Of a stretch of 64,000 nt of DNA, positions 56,084 to 64,000 are shown piece after piece (the first letter of the stretch is position 1; every line of letters begins with the position of its first letter). Both the position numbers and the translations under genes were made by a program. The DNA lies in NCBI RefSeq assembly GCF_009914755.1, contig NC_060928.1; one strand, given 5' to 3'. Source of the DNA: the human T2T-CHM13v2.0 reference genome, Homo sapiens. The notes beneath the pieces were generated by a model. It worked only from the letters and a program-made list of their open reading frames with translations. It ran no database searches and was not told where the DNA came from.

Positions 56084-56252
56084 TGTATTAGTCTGCTCTC
56101 ACACTGCCATAAAGATACTACTTGACTCTGTAATTTATAAGGAAAAGAGGTTTAATTGACTCACAGTTCTGCATGGCTGGGGAAGCCTCAGGAAACTTAC
56201 AATCATGGCAGAAGGTGAAGGGGAAGCAAGAACCTTCTTCACAAGGTGGCAG

Positions 56253-56293
<41 letters not shown>

Positions 56294-56481
56294 CACACAA
56301 GGGAAACTGCTAGACATCTATCAAACAACAGATCTCATGAGAACTCCCTGACTAGCATGAGAACAGTATAGGGGAAACTGCTGCCATGATCCAACCACCT
56401 CCCACCAGGTCGCTCCCTCAACATCCAGGTTTTACAATTCGAGATGAGATTTGGGTGGGGACACAGAACCAAACCATATCA
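56084..56481 (-). mobile_element. MSTA-like solo LTR containing a (GA)n tract
   Basis: tgtattagtctgctctcacactgc...gcctcaggaaacttacaatcatggcagaagg...ccaaaccatatca. Confidence 0.92.
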
Positions 56482-56629
56482 TACAAGAACCCAAAAGTAA
56501 AAACAGTAAAATCATTCTCTACTAATATTATGTTACCTTAGAATCCACAAAATCCCACTTTTTCATACATTTAAAGGGTTATGAAGAAAGAGTTTTAAAT
56601 CACAGAAATGAATATTAAAACTTGTTTCA

Positions 56630-56998
<369 letters not shown>

Positions 56999-57351
56999 AA
57001 TTTGAGAAAGTACTCATTATAAAATGATGTTGAAAATATAAGGCAAACAAAGTGAAAAACTCAATGGCTCTCCTAATTCCTAAGAAGAGAATTACCATAT
57101 GGATAAGCAGTCAAGTGGGAAAAGATGACTATTTTCTGAGACCAGAGAGAAGCTCTCTAAGTCCCTCTTGTGTTAAGTCTGTCCTACTGTTGAGAATGTG
57201 TTTATGGGGTAGAAATTATTTCCCCATCTCTAATATTCTTTTACCATGCACTCAACAACCTAAGGATATGGTCTTAGGTTGTAGAGATCTTTGAAAGTTA
57301 CTTTTCTGTGTCACTACAAGCATGCAGGCCGAAGACCAGGGTTGTTCTATA

Positions 57352-57560
57352 CTAGGAGCACCCTCCATCAGAACTTTCTGAAATGTTAGAAATGCGCCAT
57401 AACTGTACTGTCCAATATGTCAGCCATTACCCTCATGTAATCAAATGTAGCTACCATGACTGAAGAACCAAATTTTTTATTTTATTTTTATTTTATTTTA
57501 GCTATTTTAAACTTAAAAAGCTACATGGGTCTAGTGGCTCCGTCATTGGATAGAACAGCT
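57352..57560. mobile_element. MER3 hAT-Charlie MITE
   Basis: agaactttctg...ctgtccaatatg...gctacatgggtctagtggct...ttggatagaacag. Confidence 0.75.
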
Positions 57561-59444
57561 GCAAAAGCAAACATAAAGCTTGTGGGCTGATAATCAACTA
57601 GATCTACTAAAAACATGTGTCAGTCTGCACCATAAAGAATAAACTATTCCTCTTTGAAGCATCTATGTTAGTTCTATCACCGCCATTGTTTCGGTTCTTT
57701 AATATCATCTGCTGTGGATCTCTAAAAACTGGGAAATTGAAAGCCAGGGTAGAAAATCTTATCAATTAAATCAGCACATTCCAGGTGACAGAAAATATTG
57801 GGAACTTGTTCACTTATCCACAGATCACAGGTGTGAAGCTTACGTCATGTAGTGCATTGTGCGGCCCTCTTCATACATGTGGCAAACTACCCCATCAGCA
57901 ACTATGAATAACAAGAGTTTTTATTTGGCTTAAAGAAAGAAATATAAACTTGACTTAATGAGAGTACTCTGACCAATGGAGGAGTTCTTTTAAGAATCAA
58001 CTGTTTTTACCTCCCAGATAGACAGTCCAAGAAGAAACAGACTTAGTTACATAAAGGAAAATAAAGATCAGATGCAAAGAGTTTCTTTCCAACTTCAATA
58101 TTAGGCAATGAAATGGGTTCCCAAAGGGTGACTTCAGAATCTCTAACACAGGACATTGTCATACAAGCCATCTGGTTTAGCTTACTGGTGTCATCCACTA
58201 CATGCTATTTCTAGAATTGGGTATTTTATTTTAGCTGAATATGTTTGGTTGAGTATCTTACATAAAGGTCTTGCTATATTTTTTTCCAGACTTTGGACTC
58301 CCACATAGTCTAGTGTGTATGCATAATTATTTCCTTAAAAGTATAAGTTCAGAGTTAAGGTTAATAAGACCTCATATATGTTGGTACTAAGGTTGTTATT
58401 TAGTTGTAAAGTGTAGCAATGTGATTGGCACTGTATTGAGGTGCAAAAGATACAGTTCTTAACCTAAGGGCATAATCCAAAATCTAGCCAAGTGAAAGAT
58501 AAAGATATGATTATAATTTTATTATTCAACACTTCTATTTGTAGAAAAACTCTAGGAAAAAAAGTTTTTAGAAGCATTATTGAGCAGTATGAAATAATAT
58601 GGATTTCAACTTTTAAAAATTAGGGGTAAGAGAAAAGAAATAAGAAGGAAACAAGTTGACATATTGGGCAAGAATTTAGAGAGAGTAATAAGCTTGGTAT
58701 GTGTTTATTAGCAGTAGACAATAAGTTTGGAGGATTAATTATTAACTGTAATGCAGAGAATAAAATCCTGCTATGGGCTGTATTTATTAAGCGCAGTTTT
58801 GACAAGCAATAATTATGTAAGCACAACATTCCCTTTCAGAATTAGTTGGGTTTTTTTTAAGCTTTCACCATTCACAATTTGCCCCCAAAATGTTAACCAT
58901 AATACAATACCACAGATGCAAAACATTCAGGGGGTCTTCGTGCACATTTTCAGCCTTCTGCAAACACACTCTGCCCTCAGGAATCAGTGAATCTTTGAGA
59001 CAAGCTCTCCCCTATACCATTGCCCACCTGCACCCCAGGCCACAAACAAAATGGAAGATACAAAACGAGGTGATGCAGGATGGTAAGAAAGAGAGCTTTG
59101 GGTAGTGACCAAAGAGAAAGTAGATCTGAGAGACTGCAGGTGATGAAAGAATTAAAAATCCGAGACAAAGAAAGAGCTAGGAGGGTCAAAACTTCAGGAG
59201 CCCTGCTTTCCTGTCTCCAGTCCTTGATCTGGCTGAAACTGTGCAGAAGTGAAAGCAAGGGCCTGTGACAGGTGACTCTCTCACAGTTCTTTCTGCAAGA
59301 GACCATCTGACTCCTGCCACCAGTGTGACAAAGACCACATGGAGGTCTGGGCTGAAAATCAGATCACCAGCCTCTAGCAGGTAAGGCTGCTACTATTAGA
59401 TTTGCCCTAAGACTGCTGGATATATTTTATGACAGGTACCATTG

Positions 59445-59690
59445 GGTAACTCATTGGTTAGGAATGTGGGTTCTGGAGTCAGACTGCCTGAGTTTAAGCT
59501 TCAACCCACTGCCTGGCTGTGTGACCTTAGGTAAGTTAATTACACTGCCCAGGCCTCAGTTCCCCTAACTATGAATAGGACACAGTAACACTGACCTTGT
59601 GAGTACTAAAGGAAATTGTGTTCAGGAAAATGTTAGAGTAGTGGCTAGTTTGCTATAAACACTCAACAAATATTATATTACTCATTGTTA
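59445..59690 (+). mobile_element. MIR
   Basis: ggttctggagtcagactgcctgagttt...ggctgtgtgaccttaggtaagtta...gcctcagttcccc. Confidence 0.85.
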
Positions 59691-62600
59691 TTTGTAACTT
59701 TCTGACTCTCTTGGAATAGTTTAACTGTATTTTCCATAACAAACAAAATTACTGATATTTAATGGCTGCTGAACTGATAGACATGATGGTTTTAGTGGTT
59801 GGTAAATCTCATTAAACAGGTTTCTAATAGCCAACTGGTATTTAATGAGCATATTGATGGTCTTACTGTCTTTAAATTAAACCCTATTTCAACCATTTAA
59901 TTTCTGTTTATAACATACTTCCATCCTTTTAAAAGAAGCATATAAAGCTTCTCTTGAAAAGAAAAATGTCCATTCACTTTTTTCTTCCCTGTTTTATTGA
60001 CTGCCTAAATTCTTAGTAGCATTTGGGCAGACACTTCGTGCTGTTCAAGCCTATTGAGTCATGTGCTGTTGTGAAATTATTGTCTACCTAACCACAAATG
60101 CAATATGCTGGTATAACTTCCTCTTTTAAACAGTTTTTGATTGTCAGACAATCCTAAACATATTCTCTTTTCACTTGACAATGCAATTTTATCTATATGC
60201 CCTTCTTTCTTATTTTCCTTTTTGTCTTTGCCCCTTGCAGATGACTTCAATTCCATCATTACTATTCCTGTCTACTTGCAATATCAATATTATTTATCAT
60301 TGTGTTGATGTGTGCTTTCTTCTATCCCATACATCCTATCAGTATAAACTCTTTCATTATATTGATTAACCAACTCAGTTTATGGCAGTGTTTCTTTATC
60401 TGTCATCAATTGATTATCACACATTCATCAGGCACTGGATAGAATTCATAGGATATGCCACAAAGTGAGAAGGGGGATCATTTGCTTCAGAGAAGACACA
60501 TTTACTGATCATACTGCAAAGAGCAAGCTGACCCCTGCTTGAGATCTTACAGAGAACTACAGAAAATTCACAAAAGCCCCCACAAAAGAGTCTGCTGTGA
60601 CCATCTGTCAAGTTGTCAGCTGTAAACAACTGCCAAAATGCTAGATCACCTCACAAGGAGCTGTGAAGTAACATCTTTGCTGCCTTTCTTACTTCTTCCT
60701 TCCTGGCACCAATCCTTGAAGAGCCAGAAAACTCTGCCGGTGAATTGGAGAAGGAGTAGAAGGAGTATTAGACTAGGTAATAAATCTCTTCCACCCCTAC
60801 TTCAACTTCTGGCTTCCCACTCACAGCAGACTCAAGCTGCCAGAAAGGAAAAAAACTTCAACTTTAACACAAGATCAAAGTTTTTACAAACACATGCTTC
60901 TGACAGTTAAATTACTAAACTGGGGCAGTTTTCTGTGACCTGAAGTAACAAGAAAACTGTATTACTCAACAGTGACCAGAAACATCATGGAATCTGCCTA
61001 ACTTTTCACAAAGAAATGAAAAGGCTAAACTTACAAACTACATTTAAAAGGATAGAGGGAGAGAACATTTAAGCTACTTCTTGACTATATTCCACAAGTC
61101 ATCTCTGTTCAATATATCAGCTGTTTCTTGGAAGAGAAAATGGTGATATCAGGGTACACGATGGCTTCCTCAAGAAGAAGCTGTCATGCCCAGGCCAAAC
61201 TCAATGACAGCCCTTGAATTCATGGAAATTATCCCAGGCAGAACACACATCCTTGTCATCACTGTCAAGGATTACTGATTACACTATCGCATTTCATCTG
61301 CACCTACGGACATAAGAAAGCATCAAACTACAAGTCTTTTCATGTCCCCAAGCTGCTAAAAAGGAATCATCTAAAATGCCTCTTCCTGGCCTCCCAGGAA
61401 GGTGTTGTAGAGATTCTCATGAAGAATTATTATTATCTCTTTTAAATAATAGCTCGGCATTAACAGAAAATTTTCTCTGTATTATTGCCATCACTTAAAG
61501 ACAGAACTTATGACACCACAAATGACCCAGAGAAAAGGTAGTTCTAAATCAATGCAAAATAACAAAAGGATAAAAAGCATATCCCCAGAGACACACCAGG
61601 AGATGCACACTGTGTTGCATTTATTAAAATGCAGGTGTAAGCATAAGGCATAAAATGACAATATTAAACCAAGAGTTTAAATTATGTAGAATATTTTATA
61701 AGATTATAGCTTTAATTTCCTTTGGGGAAACTAAGGTGGAAAATAGTAGTTTCGTGAGACTGTTCACTGTTGATTTGAAAGCCATCTGGCTAATCCGTAG
61801 CATTTATTTTTTTAATGAATAAATGAAAATCAAAAGAAGGATGCAATATTATTCAAGAAAAAGATTTGTGCTTTGAAAGTTTTAAAATAATATTGCAACT
61901 CCAAAATTACATGTAAATCCCTCAAAATAGACCAAGTAGGCACGTTCTCCCAATCTAATGTCTATTTAACTCCATTGAAACAGGTGATCTATTTCTTAAT
62001 ATTGCCTATGTATGGGCAAGAAATGTGGGTATTTGCTCTGTTTTGTTTTAAATAGAAACTTCTAATTGCATTTTCTTTCTCTGGGAATCACACCTCCAAA
62101 GTGGTACACTGTAGGAAATAGGACAATCCTAGGGGCCATGGGCCTTCGTGAGAGGTATAAGTCTTGCTCCATCCCATTTCAGATGTGCAAGATGTTTACT
62201 CTGACACGGCCTATGTATCTTTAAGAAGCTCAAATAATACTAATTCAATGCCATTCCTAAGTTATCAAGAGGATCCAACAAGTCAGTGAGCATACAACTG
62301 TAAAGACAAAGTAATCTAAAATGGAGATTATTTTATTCTTTTTGTTATAGTGTTTCAATGAGGAATTATATTTCAGTAAAGAACAAGGAAAGTAATAGAA
62401 AAAAGAAAGAAAGTATAATGCTATAAATAAGGACCACATATTTCTCCATGCCCTGTTTACCCTAATATGTAAATATAGAGGGCTACAAAGAACAAATAAC
62501 AATTCAAAGAAATAAAGGGGCCATTTAATATTGAATCACAAAGGCCTCTGACAAACCCCAAATCCACCCTCCTGAAGCAAATCACCACTTTCCAAGACAT

Positions 62601-63779
62601 GGGATAACCTATTGAGTTTCTCTAGCTCTTCAAAGTTCTTTCTTCTTTTGCCTTGTTGTGACCACTTCTCCAAAAGAGGGACTGAAAGCTTACTATCAAG
62701 TAACTTTGAATGTCCACATTTTATTCTCCCTCTTCCTTGTGACTTGCTCGACTAAAGGGAGATTTTGTTTCCTCCATTCCAATTCTGCATCAAAATAAAA
62801 CTGCTGTGTTTCATCACTTCCATGTTTGAAGCATTTGCCTTGATCATTTGGGTAAGCGTAAATTTTTCACCTGCAATTTGATCATTCTTATTTCCTTAGC
62901 AGTAATTTTACAGTTTTGGAAGTCCTATCAGAAAACTAAAATTGTTCTGAAAAAAATTGCCTTAACTTTATCTTCCAAATTTTAAAAACAATAGGGGCAC
63001 ATCGTGGAATATGTTAAAAAGTGTAATTTTTAAAAAGCAGAAAAATAATTTTGGGGTTTTTTTGTCGCTGGTTTATTCTTGTTCTTTAAAATAGTCAAAT
63101 TTGTATTGCATATACATTTGTTATCCTACTTTTTACTTACTATCATGTCATTCACATTTTCATGTCAAAAATTATTTGTAACAAAGTTTAATGCTAGTTA
63201 TAGTTGATTATTCAGATATAATGCCTAATTTTACAATAGTGAAATTTCAATTGCTTTGTATTGGTTTATAATAAATGCTAGCTAGTTTGCTATGGAAGCT
63301 TGGATCTACTCATAATTTGTTTTTTTAAGCATCAGAAATAGTTTTGAATTCAAGCAAATGTCTTTGTAGCACTAATTGAGATATTCAACAATTTTTCTCT
63401 GTTACCTGTTAAAACATGAGTTGTTACCTTCGTTTTCCTCCTTTTCTTTTTTATTTTAAAGTGCTGCAGTTGGGAAATGTGGTCAGAAACATGTCTTACC
63501 TTTTAGAATGATCTGAGATTGTCTTTGGGAGTATCTTGTTTATAAATATGCACTTTCAGTGGTATTTTGAAGCTTTGACAATGGAGAAAGAAGCTTGAGG
63601 TTATTTTTCTTAAACTTATAAGGTCACTTGCAAGTCTCTCTGTTTTCACTTTCATTGTTTATCTACAGAATAAAAGGTATAACTATGACCAAGAAGTGAA
63701 TCGGTTCAATGTGGAAAGCCAGATGGCATGCCACTGTTTTCTCCTTCGTTTCCTAAGGAACACTTTTAAGAAACCGTGG

Positions 63780-63890
63780 ACAGTGACCAACCATCCCCAT
63801 TTGTACCGGACTGAAGAGTTCCCTAGGATATAGGACTTTAGGTGCTAACACTAGGAGGGTTCCAGGCAAACTAGGATGTTTGGTCACCCC
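63780..63890. mobile_element. MER94 hAT-Blackjack MITE
   Basis: TIRs gtgaccaacc / ttggtcaccc flanking ~110 bp. Confidence 0.8.
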
Positions 63891-64000
63891 TGAACAATTT
63901 TCCAGAGTGAAGTTTATTCAACATCAAACTCTCAGTACTTAAATCCAACTAAGTGAACCAGTTCCTGCTGAAGAGATTCACATTTACAATCCCCTTTCTG

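Overview
AT-rich, CpG-depleted primate (human-like) genomic DNA, roughly half transposable elements. There is no intact cellular protein-coding ORF, RNA gene or CRISPR array; the long ORFs in the track derive from L1, THE1 or Alu. Major elements are a full-length but inactive L1PA5-like LINE (8.5-14.6 kb), a twin-primed L1PA8-like copy, and a ~7-kb L1MA interrupted by a complete THE1 provirus. Solo MaLR/MLT LTRs, six Alus, a HAL1-like element, Tigger/MER DNA transposons and MIR/L2/CR1 relics fill much of the rest. Three things are not explained by ordinary repeat annotation. (1) A ~320-bp-arm inverted duplication of mostly unique DNA at 43846-44841, with 69-bp and 44-bp perfectly identical blocks. 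(2) A tail-less inverted 145-bp copy of the L1 5'UTR segment that L1s later deleted to escape ZNF93, inserted just upstream of the full-length L1. (3) A minus-strand cluster of tiny candidate exons plus a candidate terminal exon at 40.2-41.7 kb, possibly the 3' end of a gene I cannot name. Subfamily calls come from recalled consensus sequences, not alignment, and boundaries of old repeats are approximate.
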